DNA of 64,000 nt from an uncultured Alphaproteobacteria bacterium (GTDB lineage Bacteria; Pseudomonadota; Alphaproteobacteria; HIMB59; GCA-002718135): assembly GCA_902614085.1 (NCBI GenBank), contig CACMJS010000001.1:811127-875126 (forward strand), given 5' to 3'. Every line of letters starts with the position of its first letter. Position 1 is the first letter of the stretch. Both the position numbers and the translations under genes were made by a program. The notes below the pieces were generated by a model, which saw nothing but the letters and a program-made list of their open reading frames with translations, ran no database searches and had not been told where the DNA came from. Below are positions 49,945 to 59,764 of the stretch, one piece after another.

Positions 49945-52089
49945 GTGTTTGACCTATCAAAATTACTTAAATCTATTCATTTATCTAGATTATCTTTTTA
50001 TTTTTTAATTTTTTTAATCATATTAAGTTTTTCGATTACATTCTATTTAATGCTTCCTAATAATGATTTAGTAAAAGATCCTAGAAGATTACAATTTTTT
50101 CTATTGGCAGATGTTATTTTTGTCATTTTATTAATTTCAATAATTGTTAGGCAAATTGTCCTTATTTTAGTGAGAAGAAGAAAAAGTTATGATGAATCGC
50201 GATTATATATTAAATTTGTTAATTTATTTGCTGCAATGGCTTTGGGCCCAGCCATTGGATTAGTTATCATTACATCACTTTTCTTCAATTTAGAGTTACG
50301 AACTTGGTACGGAGACGCTGTAAGAGATGCAGTTGTAAATTCTAACTTTGTAGCAAAAAATTATGAAAATGAGATACAGGCAGAAATAGTTTCTGATACT
50401 CAGTTAATTATGAGAGAAATATTAAAAGTTTCTCAAAATAATGAAGTAAATATTCAATCAATAAGAGTAGCTTTAAGTGAATTTATAAATTTGAGAACAA
50501 TATCAAGTATCTATATTTTTAATACTGAAGGAAATATCTACTTAAGTCTTAAAGATCCTGATAACGAAAATTTTTCTCTTCCGTCAAATGAGATATTTAA
50601 GGTTGTTAATCAAAACCGTGTTTTCATTTTTCAATTAGATAAAAATTCTATCACTGCCTATAAAAAAATAAATTTTTTAAATGATGTTTACATGCAAGTT
50701 AATAGAAATTTGAATACCAATATCTGGGATCATATTAGTGCTACAAAAGAGGCATTTGAAATTTATACTTTGAAAGAAGAGGAAAGCTCAGGAATTCAAA
50801 TAACATATTCGATGATATTTGTTCTTTTTTCTATTTGTTTTATATTAGTAGCAATTTTAATTGGGTTCAATTTAGCAAGTAACCTTAGTAAGCCAATTAC
50901 AAACTTAATCAAATCAGCAAATAAGATATCAGAAGGGAATTTTGATGCTAAAGTAAGTGAAACAGATCAATTTCAAGAGATAAAAGTATTACTAACATCA
51001 TACAATAAAATGATTTCTGAAATTGAGAATAAACAAAATGAGTTAATATCTAAAAGTCAAGAAGATGAAGAAAAAAGAATTTTTATAGAGGCGATCTTAA
51101 GTCTTTTAACAATAGGTGTAATTTCTTTAGATAAAAATTTTAATATTTTATTATTTAATAAAACTCTTAAAAAACTATTTAGAAGCACTAAAACTTTTAA
51201 AATAAATGATAATTTTCTATCCTATTTTCCTGAATGGAAAAAGATATTTGAGAATTTTGAAACCTCAAACAAAGTATTATTAAATTTTCAATACGATTTT
51301 ACATTATTTGATGATCAAAGAAATTTTAACATTAGAATCATTAAAGAAATTAATGATAATAAAATTGAGGGATATGTTGTTGCGCTAGATGATGCTACAT
51401 CTTTAATTTTAGCGGAAAAACATGCAGCTTGGTCTGATATTGCAAGAAAGATAGCACATGAAGTTAAAAATCCCCTGACTCCAATTAAGCTTTCTGCTGA
51501 AAGAATAGAAAAGAAATTTTTAGATGCAAAAACAGATAAGAAGGATATTTCACTTTTAACTAAAACAATATCAAGACAAGTTGATGATATTGGAAAGTTA
51601 GTTGACGAATTTTCATCTTTTGCAAGAATGCCTGAGGCAGAAATTAAGCTTGATAATCTATCAAAATGCCTAGAAGAGTCATACCTTCTCTATTTTAATA
51701 CGAGGAAGGACATTAAGCTTAATTTAATTAAACCTGAAAATGACATTTACTTTCATTTTGACGCCCTTCAAATCTCAAGATGTTTTAATAATTTAATTAA
51801 AAATGCTATTGAAGCTGTTGAAAAAATACCCAATCCTGCAGTCGAAGTACTATTAACTACTGATGCAAAAAATATAAAAATTGAAATAAAAGATAATGGT
51901 GTGGGAATTGATGAAAAAATGTTGAGTAAAATATTTGAGCCTTATTTTACAACTAAAACAAAAGGAACCGGTCTTGGTTTATCTATTGTAAAAAGAATTA
52001 TTGAAGATCATGGTGGTAAAATAAAAATTGAGAAAAATAAAAATATGGCAGGAACAACATCATTAATTAATTTTGAATACAATGAATAA
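49945..52089 (+). CDS. ntrY: two-component sensor histidine kinase NtrY
   Basis: Multi-TM N-terminus, HAMP, PAS, H-box HEVKNPLTPI and HATPase boxes DNGVGI / GTGLGLSIV. GTG start. Confidence 0.85.
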   Translation: MFDLSKLLKSIHLSRLSFYFLIFLIILSFSITFYLMLPNNDLVKDPRRLQFFLLADVIFVILLISIIVRQIVLILVRRRKSYDESRLYIKFVNLFAAMALGPAIGLVIITSLFFNLELRTWYGDAVRDAVVNSNFVAKNYENEIQAEIVSDTQLIMREILKVSQNNEVNIQSIRVALSEFINLRTISSIYIFNTEGNIYLSLKDPDNENFSLPSNEIFKVVNQNRVFIFQLDKNSITAYKKINFLNDVYMQVNRNLNTNIWDHISATKEAFEIYTLKEEESSGIQITYSMIFVLFSICFILVAILIGFNLASNLSKPITNLIKSANKISEGNFDAKVSETDQFQEIKVLLTSYNKMISEIENKQNELISKSQEDEEKRIFIEAILSLLTIGVISLDKNFNILLFNKTLKKLFRSTKTFKINDNFLSYFPEWKKIFENFETSNKVLLNFQYDFTLFDDQRNFNIRIIKEINDNKIEGYVVALDDATSLILAEKHAAWSDIARKIAHEVKNPLTPIKLSAERIEKKFLDAKTDKKDISLLTKTISRQVDDIGKLVDEFSSFARMPEAEIKLDNLSKCLEESYLLYFNTRKDIKLNLIKPENDIYFHFDALQISRCFNNLIKNAIEAVEKIPNPAVEVLLTTDAKNIKIEIKDNGVGIDEKMLSKIFEPYFTTKTKGTGLGLSIVKRIIEDHGGKIKIEKNKNMAGTTSLINFEYNE

Positions 52090-53413
52090 AGTTTTAATTA
52101 TAGATGATGAAAAAGATATTTGTTTTCTTATTTCAGAAATTTTAAAAGATGAAAACTATAATACGTCAATTGCCCTTAATTCAGATGAAGCAATTAGTAA
52201 ATTCAATGAAATTAAACCTGATTTAGTTATTTTAGATGTATGGTTATCTAACAGTAAATTAGATGGTATTGAAATTTTAAAAGAATTTAAATCAATTAAT
52301 AGTAATATTCCAATTATTATTATAAGCGGTCATGGTACTGTTGATCTTGCAGTAAAATCTATAAAAAATGGAGCATACGATTTTTTAGAAAAGCCTTTCA
52401 ATAGTGATAAATTAATTATTCTTACTAAAAGAGCAATAGAAAGTTCATCATTATTGAATGAAAATAAAAATTTAAAAGATACCTTAATTAAAACTATACC
52501 ACTAATAGGAAATTCAGAATTTATTAAAAAAATTAACAAACAATTAAATGAACAGAGTTCAAATAATTCAAGATTATTGATTGAGGGGGCATTTGGAACA
52601 GGAAAAAAACATTTTACAAATTTAATACATCAAAATTCACAATATAAAGATAAATTTCCTATATCAATTGATTTTAGAAAACTTACAAATGAATCATTGG
52701 ATAATATGTTTGCGGAAAATAAAAACACAATTAATGAAAATATTTTTTATCGATCAAACAATAATTCACTAATACTACTTAATATTGAAACACTTCCAAA
52801 TATTTATCAAAAAAAACTTTTAAATTTTCTAGAAAACAAAAAATTTTTTGAAGATCTTGATATTAAGTTAAATCATAAAATTATTACAATAACTGAGAAA
52901 AATTTAGAAATAGAAATTGAAAAAGGTAATTTTATTAAAAGATTATATGATAGAATTTCAACAGACTTTATAAAATTTAAATCTCTCTCTGATAGGAGAG
53001 ATGATGTTCTTCCTATCCTTAATTTTTATTTAAATGAAAAAAGTGGAGGAAATTTAAATTTTAAATTTTCTTCTAAAGCCTTAACTAAGTTACAAATGTA
53101 TGATTGGCCTGGAAATATATCTCAATTAATTAACTATGTTGAGAAAAGTCTGATACTTAACCAAGATCAAAATATAAAAGAGTTAGAGGTTGATGATTTA
53201 GCTTTACAAATGGGAGATGAAACTGCGTCAAATTCTTCCAATAATTCACTGGATTTGTCATTAAAAGAAGCAAGATACGAGTTTGAAAAAAATTATTTAA
53301 TATCGCAAATTAAGAGATTTAATGGTAATATAACAAAAGTTTCTGAATTTACAGGAATGGAAAGAACTGCTCTTTATAGAAAATTTAAATCACTAGATAT
53401 AAAAGTAGAATAA
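52082..53413 (+). CDS. ntrX: response regulator NtrX (receiver + degenerate AAA+ + Fis-type HTH)
   Basis: Receiver domain (DLVILDVWL), central domain with GAFGTGKK, and a C-terminal HTH (ITKVSEFTGMERTALYRKFK). I prefer ATG 52082 (MNKVLIIDDEKD; 8-nt overlap with ntrY) over the track's TTG 52073. Confidence 0.8.
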   Translation: MNKVLIIDDEKDICFLISEILKDENYNTSIALNSDEAISKFNEIKPDLVILDVWLSNSKLDGIEILKEFKSINSNIPIIIISGHGTVDLAVKSIKNGAYDFLEKPFNSDKLIILTKRAIESSSLLNENKNLKDTLIKTIPLIGNSEFIKKINKQLNEQSSNNSRLLIEGAFGTGKKHFTNLIHQNSQYKDKFPISIDFRKLTNESLDNMFAENKNTINENIFYRSNNNSLILLNIETLPNIYQKKLLNFLENKKFFEDLDIKLNHKIITITEKNLEIEIEKGNFIKRLYDRISTDFIKFKSLSDRRDDVLPILNFYLNEKSGGNLNFKFSSKALTKLQMYDWPGNISQLINYVEKSLILNQDQNIKELEVDDLALQMGDETASNSSNNSLDLSLKEARYEFEKNYLISQIKRFNGNITKVSEFTGMERTALYRKFKSLDIKVE

Positions 53414-53420
53414 CTAATCA

Positions 53421-54785
53421 ATGAAAACAATTATTTGTGGTGCTGGAGATGTTGGATATAGCATAGCTGATAAACTATCATGCGAAAACTTTGAAGTTAC
53501 AGTTATTGATGAAGATGAAAATAGATTAAATAAGGTATCTGAAAATTTGGATGTCAAAACAATAAATGGTATCCCTAGTATGCCAACAGTTTTAGAGAGT
53601 GCCGGTGCACATGACTGTGAAATAATAATTGCAGTTACAAAAAGTGATGAAACTAATATGGTTACTTGTCAAATTGGCCACTCTTTATTTAAAATTAAAA
53701 AGAAAATTGCAAGAATAAGACAGCAAGATTATTTAAAAAATGATTGGAAAAATTTATATAATGATGAAAATTTCCCAATAGATGCAATTATTTCTCCCGA
53801 ACAAGAAGTTGCTAAGGGTATATTCAGAAGATTAATTTCTCCTGGTACAATAGATATGGTTGAATTATCAGATAAAAAATTGAAATTAATTGGATTAAAA
53901 TGTGAGGATAATTTTTTACATTCAGGTCTATCTGTAAGAGAATTATCAGAAAAATTTCCTGACTATTTAGCTAACATTATGTTTATATTTAGAGGTGATC
54001 AAAAATTTACAGTAAATTCTTCAACTAAAATTGAAAAAAAAGATACCATCTTTCTAGTTGTGGAAACTGATAATTTGACAGACGTGTTATCTGAATTTGG
54101 CCATCAAGAATTGCAGGCAAAAAAAGCTGTGATTATTGGTGGTGGTAATATAGGATTTTCACTCGCACAATTAATTGAAAATTCTGAAACATATATAAAA
54201 ACTGAACTCATTGAAGCTAATAAAGAGCGCGCAGAATTCCTTGCTTCAAATTTAGAAAATATCACAGTGACATGTGGAGATGGTTTGGACAATCAGATAC
54301 TTGAAGAGGTAAACATATCAGATTCAGGATACTGTATATCAATTACAGAAGACGATGAAGTTAATATTCTATCATCCTTACTAGCTAAAAGAGCAGGCGC
54401 CAACACATCAATAACTTTGATCAATAATAGTAATTATTCATCTTTGTTGTCTAATATTGGTGTTGATATGACCATAGATCCAAAAATAATAACAATTTCT
54501 AAAATTTTAGAAAAGGTTAGAGGCGTAAAAATACGGAATGATTATTCCATAGGTGAAGGTTTTGGAGAAGTAATAGAGGCAGATATTCAATCAGAATCAT
54601 TTCTTTGTAATAAAAATCTTAAAGAATTAGAATTACCAAAAGGTATACGTATTGGCTCTATTGTAAGGGATAAAAAAATTATAATCCCTAATAGCCAAAC
54701 TGTTTTTAAAGAAAATGATGATGTTGTTTTTTTTGCTGAAACAAACTGCATAAAAAAACTAGAAAAACTTTTATCAAAAGTTTAA
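53421..54785 (+). CDS. trkA: Trk system potassium uptake protein TrkA
   Basis: Two tandem RCK NAD-binding domains (GAGDVG, GGGNIG), each followed by a TrkA_C domain; 454 aa. Confidence 0.9.
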   Translation: MKTIICGAGDVGYSIADKLSCENFEVTVIDEDENRLNKVSENLDVKTINGIPSMPTVLESAGAHDCEIIIAVTKSDETNMVTCQIGHSLFKIKKKIARIRQQDYLKNDWKNLYNDENFPIDAIISPEQEVAKGIFRRLISPGTIDMVELSDKKLKLIGLKCEDNFLHSGLSVRELSEKFPDYLANIMFIFRGDQKFTVNSSTKIEKKDTIFLVVETDNLTDVLSEFGHQELQAKKAVIIGGGNIGFSLAQLIENSETYIKTELIEANKERAEFLASNLENITVTCGDGLDNQILEEVNISDSGYCISITEDDEVNILSSLLAKRAGANTSITLINNSNYSSLLSNIGVDMTIDPKIITISKILEKVRGVKIRNDYSIGEGFGEVIEADIQSESFLCNKNLKELELPKGIRIGSIVRDKKIIIPNSQTVFKENDDVVFFAETNCIKKLEKLLSKV

Positions 54786-54789
54786 TCTA

Positions 54790-55635
54790 ATGCCAAATTT
54801 TGCATATATAAATAACAAATTTATAAATTTTAAATCAGCAAAAATTCATATTGAAGATAGAGGATTACAATTTGCAGATAGTGTATATGAAGTTATCGCA
54901 GTTTTAAATAATAATTTAATTGATTTAGATTTTCATCTTAAGAGATTAAAATATTCTCTTCGTGAATTAGAAATCAAATTTATAATTAATAAAAAAAACT
55001 TAACTAATATTTTTCTAAATCTAATAAAAAAAAATAAAACAAGAAATGGTATAATATATTTACAAATTACAAGAGGTATTCAATTTAGAGAACACAAATA
55101 TCAAAAAAATTTAATCCCAACTTTGATTGTATACACAAGAAATAAAAGTTTTAATTTACCTGGAAAAAAATTTGTAGGAGTAAAAACAATTACATACCAA
55201 GATCTTCGTTGGAAAAGACGTGATATTAAAACAGTAAATTTACTTCCAAATATTATAGCTGCAAATATGGCCAAAAAGAAAAACGCATATGAGGCAATTT
55301 TAATACAAAATGGAAAAGTAACTGAGGGCACATCTTCTAATATTTGGATTATAAAAAGAAATAATTTAATAACACATCCAGCTAATTCTGATATTTTAAA
55401 AGGAGTAACTAGAACATCTCTTTTAAAAATTATAAAAAAAACTAGCCTTAAACTAATAGAAAAACAATTTACCCATAAGCAATTAATTAATGCTGACGAA
55501 GTATTTTTAACAAGCTCTGGAAGTTTTATTACTCCTATTTTAAAAATTGATAATAAAAAAATAAATAATGGTAAAATTGGCAATATCACATTGAAACTAG
55601 CACAAATGTATACTGAAGCATGTATAAATGGATAA
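54790..55635 (+). CDS. PLP fold-type IV aminotransferase (D-amino-acid / branched-chain / ADC-lyase family)
   Basis: EDRGLQFADSVYEVI, a catalytic-Lys context RRDIKTVNLL, EGTSSNIWII and GVTR motifs; 281 aa. Confidence 0.8.
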   Translation: MPNFAYINNKFINFKSAKIHIEDRGLQFADSVYEVIAVLNNNLIDLDFHLKRLKYSLRELEIKFIINKKNLTNIFLNLIKKNKTRNGIIYLQITRGIQFREHKYQKNLIPTLIVYTRNKSFNLPGKKFVGVKTITYQDLRWKRRDIKTVNLLPNIIAANMAKKKNAYEAILIQNGKVTEGTSSNIWIIKRNNLITHPANSDILKGVTRTSLLKIIKKTSLKLIEKQFTHKQLINADEVFLTSSGSFITPILKIDNKKINNGKIGNITLKLAQMYTEACING

Positions 55636-56434
55636 TATAAAGCAAGAGGACATTGAGGACATTTGTTTTAACGTAAGTCAAAATATTATATTGCCAAAAT
55701 TTAAAAATTTATCAGAGGATGACATAAATTATAAAAATGGATCTGATCTAGTAACTGTCGCTGATATCGAAGCAGAAAAAGAATTAAAAAAAAATCTCTT
55801 AAAAATTTTACCTACTTCAAATTTTATAGGTGAAGAGGAATATTCTAAAAATGAAAATATATTAAATTTTTATAAGGAAGATGAATATTGTTGGACTGTT
55901 GATCCAATAGATGGGACAACAAATTTTTCTAATGGTAGAGATAAATTTGCAATTATGATAGCCTTAACATTTAAAGAAAAAATTTTACGTTCTTGGATAT
56001 ATAAGCCACTAGAAAAAATTATGTGTTCAGCAATTGTCAATGAAGGTGCTTATATTAATAATAATAAAATTATTACAAAAGGTGAAAATATTATTGAAGA
56101 AACTATAGGATCAATTAGTACAAAGTATTGGGAACCAGAATTTAAAGATAAGTTAAAGATATTTAAAAACATATTTAAAGAAGTTAACTCTTATAGATGT
56201 ATTGGCTTTGAATATATAGATATAGGAATTGGGATTAGAAATTTTGCTATTTTATCAAAACTATCTCCCTGGGATCATATTCCAGGCATTCTTTTTGTTA
56301 GAGAAGCAGGTGGTGCTGACATAGATTTTGATAAAAATAAATATGACTTTACAAAAAAGAATAAGAATTTAATTGTTAGTAATTCAGAAGATTTGAATTT
56401 AAAAATTTTAGAAAAATTAGGAGAATATTCATGA
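55628..56434 (+). CDS. inositol monophosphatase-family phosphatase (substrate unknown; HisN/CysQ/SuhB-like)
   Basis: Metal-site motifs FIGEEE, WTVDPIDGTTNF and SPWDHIPG; 268 aa. Confidence 0.8.
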   Translation: MDNIKQEDIEDICFNVSQNIILPKFKNLSEDDINYKNGSDLVTVADIEAEKELKKNLLKILPTSNFIGEEEYSKNENILNFYKEDEYCWTVDPIDGTTNFSNGRDKFAIMIALTFKEKILRSWIYKPLEKIMCSAIVNEGAYINNNKIITKGENIIEETIGSISTKYWEPEFKDKLKIFKNIFKEVNSYRCIGFEYIDIGIGIRNFAILSKLSPWDHIPGILFVREAGGADIDFDKNKYDFTKKNKNLIVSNSEDLNLKILEKLGEYS

Positions 56435-57303
56435 GTATTAAAAATGTTTCTTTTATTGGCTTAGGAGTAATGGGTTATCCAATGGCAGGTCATCTTCAAA
56501 ACAAAGGTTATAATGTAACTGTATATAATAGAACAACTGCTAAAGCTGAAAAATGGGTAGAAGAATATCAAGGTAGCATGGCTAAAACTCCTGGTGAAGC
56601 TTCTCAAAATTCTGAAATTGTTTTTATGTGTGTTGGACGCGATGAAGATATTATTGAAGTAATGGAAGGTGAGGATGGAATTCTTTCAAAAGTAACTGAA
56701 GGATCAATAATCGTTGATCACACAACAGCTTCTGCAGAGATAGCAAGAAATTATTATCAAAAACTTAAAGATAAAAAATTGAGTTTTCTTGATGCTCCTG
56801 TATCGGGCGGTCAAGCTGGTGCAGAAAATGGCGTTCTTTCCATTATGATTGGCGGCGATGAAAAAGATTATAATACTGTTAAACCAGTTCTCACATCTTA
56901 TGGAAAAGCAGTTGAACTTATAGGTCCATCTGGGTCAGGTCAAATAGCTAAAATGATAAATCAAATTTGTATTGCGGGATTAGTTCAAGGTTTATCTGAA
57001 GCAATGGCTTTTGGAAAAAAATCGAATGTAGACATGGAAAAAGTTCTTAGTGTAATATCAAAAGGAGCGGCACAATCATGGCAAATGGAAAATAGATATA
57101 GAACTATGCTCGATGGGAAATTTGATTATGGTTTTGCTGTAGATTGGATGCGAAAAGATTTATCAATTTGTTTTAATGAAGCTGATAAGAATGGCGCTAA
57201 TCTTCCTATTACAAAAATAGTTGATAAATATTATGAAGAAGTCCAAAAGAATGGTGGTAATAGATTTGACACGTCATCTTTAATGACGCTAGTTGATAAA
57301 TAG
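56431..57303 (+). CDS. NAD(P)-dependent beta-hydroxyacid dehydrogenase (3-hydroxyisobutyrate dehydrogenase family)
   Basis: Rossmann FIGLGVMGYPMAGHL and 6PGDH-like NAD-binding and C-terminal domains. One of the few clear SD sequences in the window (AGGAG, 7 nt before the ATG). Confidence 0.85.
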   Translation: MSIKNVSFIGLGVMGYPMAGHLQNKGYNVTVYNRTTAKAEKWVEEYQGSMAKTPGEASQNSEIVFMCVGRDEDIIEVMEGEDGILSKVTEGSIIVDHTTASAEIARNYYQKLKDKKLSFLDAPVSGGQAGAENGVLSIMIGGDEKDYNTVKPVLTSYGKAVELIGPSGSGQIAKMINQICIAGLVQGLSEAMAFGKKSNVDMEKVLSVISKGAAQSWQMENRYRTMLDGKFDYGFAVDWMRKDLSICFNEADKNGANLPITKIVDKYYEEVQKNGGNRFDTSSLMTLVDK

Positions 57304-58211
57304 TGGGAAATAAATATTTATTAGCTATTATTTTATTAATTGCCTCCTCTTTTTTTTGGTCTGGAAATTTTTTTGCTGGTAAAATTGCATATAATACAGA
57401 CTTGTCTCCGTTTAAATTAAGTTTTTTTCGATGGACTTTGGCTTTTATTATACTTTTACCTTTTACGTATAGTGAGATAAGAAAAAATTTAAAATATTAT
57501 AAAGAAAATTTATTATTAATTAGTTTGATTGCATTTCTTGGTGTAACAATCTTTAATTCTTTTACTTATATATCTTTACAAACAACACTTGTAATTAATT
57601 CTGCTCTTATGAATTCTGTAACACCAGTTCTAATAATTGGTTTTTCATGGTTAATATTTAAAACGAAGACAAGTTTACTTCAATTTATTGGAATATTCTT
57701 ATCTGTTATTGGTGCATTTTGTATTATTTTAAAAGGGAATTTAAATAATCTTTATTCTTTTCAATTTACAAGTGGTGATATTTGGATGTTTATTGCTGCA
57801 CTTTCTTGGTGTGTGTATTCAGTACTATTAAGAAAAATTGATAAAAATCTTTCTCAACTTGCAACATTAGAAGTGCTTATATTTATTGGTTTAATTTTTC
57901 TCATACCTCTATATTTAATAGAGTCTTCAAATTCTACTTTCATTCCTGATAATAGTACTGATTATTTAATAATTATTTATGTTGCCATATTTGCAAGTAT
58001 TGTTTCTTTTTTTTCATGGAATATGGGAGTTTCAATTATAGGCGCTAACAGAGCTGGGTTATTTTTACACTTAATACCAGTATTTAGTTCAATTTGGGCA
58101 ATAAGTTTTTTAGGAGAACAATTTGCTTTATTTCATTTAATTGGAACTATATTTATATTATTGGGAATAATACTCTCAAACTTAAATTTTAAATATGTCA
58201 AAGATAGCTAA
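57303..58211 (+). CDS. EamA/DMT-superfamily transporter
   Basis: 302 aa with about 10 TM helices in two EamA repeats. GTG start overlaps the upstream TAG by 1 nt. Confidence 0.8.
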   Translation: MGNKYLLAIILLIASSFFWSGNFFAGKIAYNTDLSPFKLSFFRWTLAFIILLPFTYSEIRKNLKYYKENLLLISLIAFLGVTIFNSFTYISLQTTLVINSALMNSVTPVLIIGFSWLIFKTKTSLLQFIGIFLSVIGAFCIILKGNLNNLYSFQFTSGDIWMFIAALSWCVYSVLLRKIDKNLSQLATLEVLIFIGLIFLIPLYLIESSNSTFIPDNSTDYLIIIYVAIFASIVSFFSWNMGVSIIGANRAGLFLHLIPVFSSIWAISFLGEQFALFHLIGTIFILLGIILSNLNFKYVKDS

Positions 58212-58590
58212 AACAGATGAAGAATGGAAATCTCTTCTCACAGAAGATGAATATTATGTAACAAGACAAAAGGGAACAGAACCTCCTTTTTCTGGTAAAA
58301 ATTTTGAAATTATTAATGGTGGTATTTTTAAATGTAAATGCTGTGGTAATGAATTATTTAATAGTTCAACAAAATATGATTCTTATTGTGGGTGGCCAAG
58401 TTTTTTTGAACAAATATCACCTGAAGCAATTAAAACAGAGACTGATAGATCTCATGGAATGGTGCGTATTGAAATTATGTGTGCCAAATGTGATGCCCAT
58501 TTAGGTCATGTCTTTGATGACGGTCCAGAGCCAACTGGCAAAAGATACTGTGTAAATTCTCTTTCTATTAATTACGAAGAGTTTGAATAA
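58195..58590 (+). CDS. msrB: peptide-methionine (R)-S-oxide reductase
   Basis: Two zinc CxxC pairs (CKCCGN, CAKCDAH) and catalytic RYCVNS; 131 aa. Confidence 0.95.
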   Translation: MSKIAKTDEEWKSLLTEDEYYVTRQKGTEPPFSGKNFEIINGGIFKCKCCGNELFNSSTKYDSYCGWPSFFEQISPEAIKTETDRSHGMVRIEIMCAKCDAHLGHVFDDGPEPTGKRYCVNSLSINYEEFE

Positions 58591-59764
58591 TACTTCTTAT
58601 ACACTCCTATTTTCATCAATAGGTCATGCTCTCATGCATATGTTTGCAGCATTTTATTTTGTAATCGTGCTTACGATAGAAAAAGAATGGAATATTTCTT
58701 ACGATCAATTAATTAGATTATGGTCTCTTGGAGCTCTACTAATTGGTTTAGGGGCAATTCCTTTTGGGTGGTTAAGTGATAAATGGTCCCGTTCAGGAAC
58801 AATGACAATTATGTTTATTGGAATGGGATTAGCCTCCATTTTATGTGGTTTAAGCACATCAGTTTCTTTTTTATTTTTTTCCTTATCACTTCTTGGACTT
58901 TTCTGTTCAATTTACCATCCTGTAGGCATTCCTTGGGTGATTCATGCAGCTAACAAACAGGGAAGAGCGCTTGGTGTAAATGGTATTTTTGGCGGGGTAG
59001 GGATAGGCTCTGGAGCATTTGTAGCTGGTACTCTGACAGAATTACTAAATTGGCAACTAGCTTTTATATTACCTGGTTTAATATCAATTATTATTGGGTT
59101 TATTCTTATTTACTTAATCTTAATTGATAAAATATCTTACAAAAATTATTTTATTAAAAATGATGATCAAGATCATTCTCGTAATGAGATGATTTTAATT
59201 GCATTAATAATGCTATTATCAATGTTTGCTCTTGGATTATCTTTTCACAATACACAAACAGCCTTACCAAAAGTATTTGAAATACGAATTGGTAACACAA
59301 GCTCAATTCAAATTGGATTTATGATAGCAATTATCTATTTTATTTCTGGCGCTACAACATTTGTTGGAGGCCTACTTGCTGATCGATTTAATTTAAAAAC
59401 TATTTACTTAATGGGTATATTTCTTCAGTTTCCTTGCTACCTAGGAATAGCTTACATATCTGGTTACTCTTTAGTAGTGTTATGTGTTCTAGCTGCCGTA
59501 TTTAATGCAAGTATTCTGCCTACAGAAAATCTCCTACTTGGGAAATTTACACCCCAAAAGTATCATGGTGTTGTATATGGAATTAAGTTTATTCTTGCAT
59601 TTGGATCAGGACCAATTTCAGTATTCTTAATTTCAGAAATATATTCCATAACTTTAGAGTTTACTTATTTGTTTTTAATTAATGCAATAATGATGGCTAT
59701 AGTTTCAATCTTTATTATTTTCTTACCAATTCAAGGTAATCAAAGAACAGCTATGCAGGATTAG
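58583..59764 (+). CDS. MFS transporter
   Basis: 393 aa with about 12 TM helices and a central loop. TTG start overlaps msrB by 8 nt. Confidence 0.8.
   Translation: MNNTSYTLLFSSIGHALMHMFAAFYFVIVLTIEKEWNISYDQLIRLWSLGALLIGLGAIPFGWLSDKWSRSGTMTIMFIGMGLASILCGLSTSVSFLFFSLSLLGLFCSIYHPVGIPWVIHAANKQGRALGVNGIFGGVGIGSGAFVAGTLTELLNWQLAFILPGLISIIIGFILIYLILIDKISYKNYFIKNDDQDHSRNEMILIALIMLLSMFALGLSFHNTQTALPKVFEIRIGNTSSIQIGFMIAIIYFISGATTFVGGLLADRFNLKTIYLMGIFLQFPCYLGIAYISGYSLVVLCVLAAVFNASILPTENLLLGKFTPQKYHGVVYGIKFILAFGSGPISVFLISEIYSITLEFTYLFLINAIMMAIVSIFIIFLPIQGNQRTAMQD

Noticed and set aside
55101-55589. A 162-aa minus-strand ORF inside the class IV aminotransferase gene. It is the longest antisense ORF in the window.
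   Set aside because: The sense gene is rich in K, N and I codons (AAA, AAT, ATT). Their complements (TTT, ATT, AAT) contain no stops, so long antisense frames are expected. The product is F/I/L-rich low complexity with no recognisable motif.
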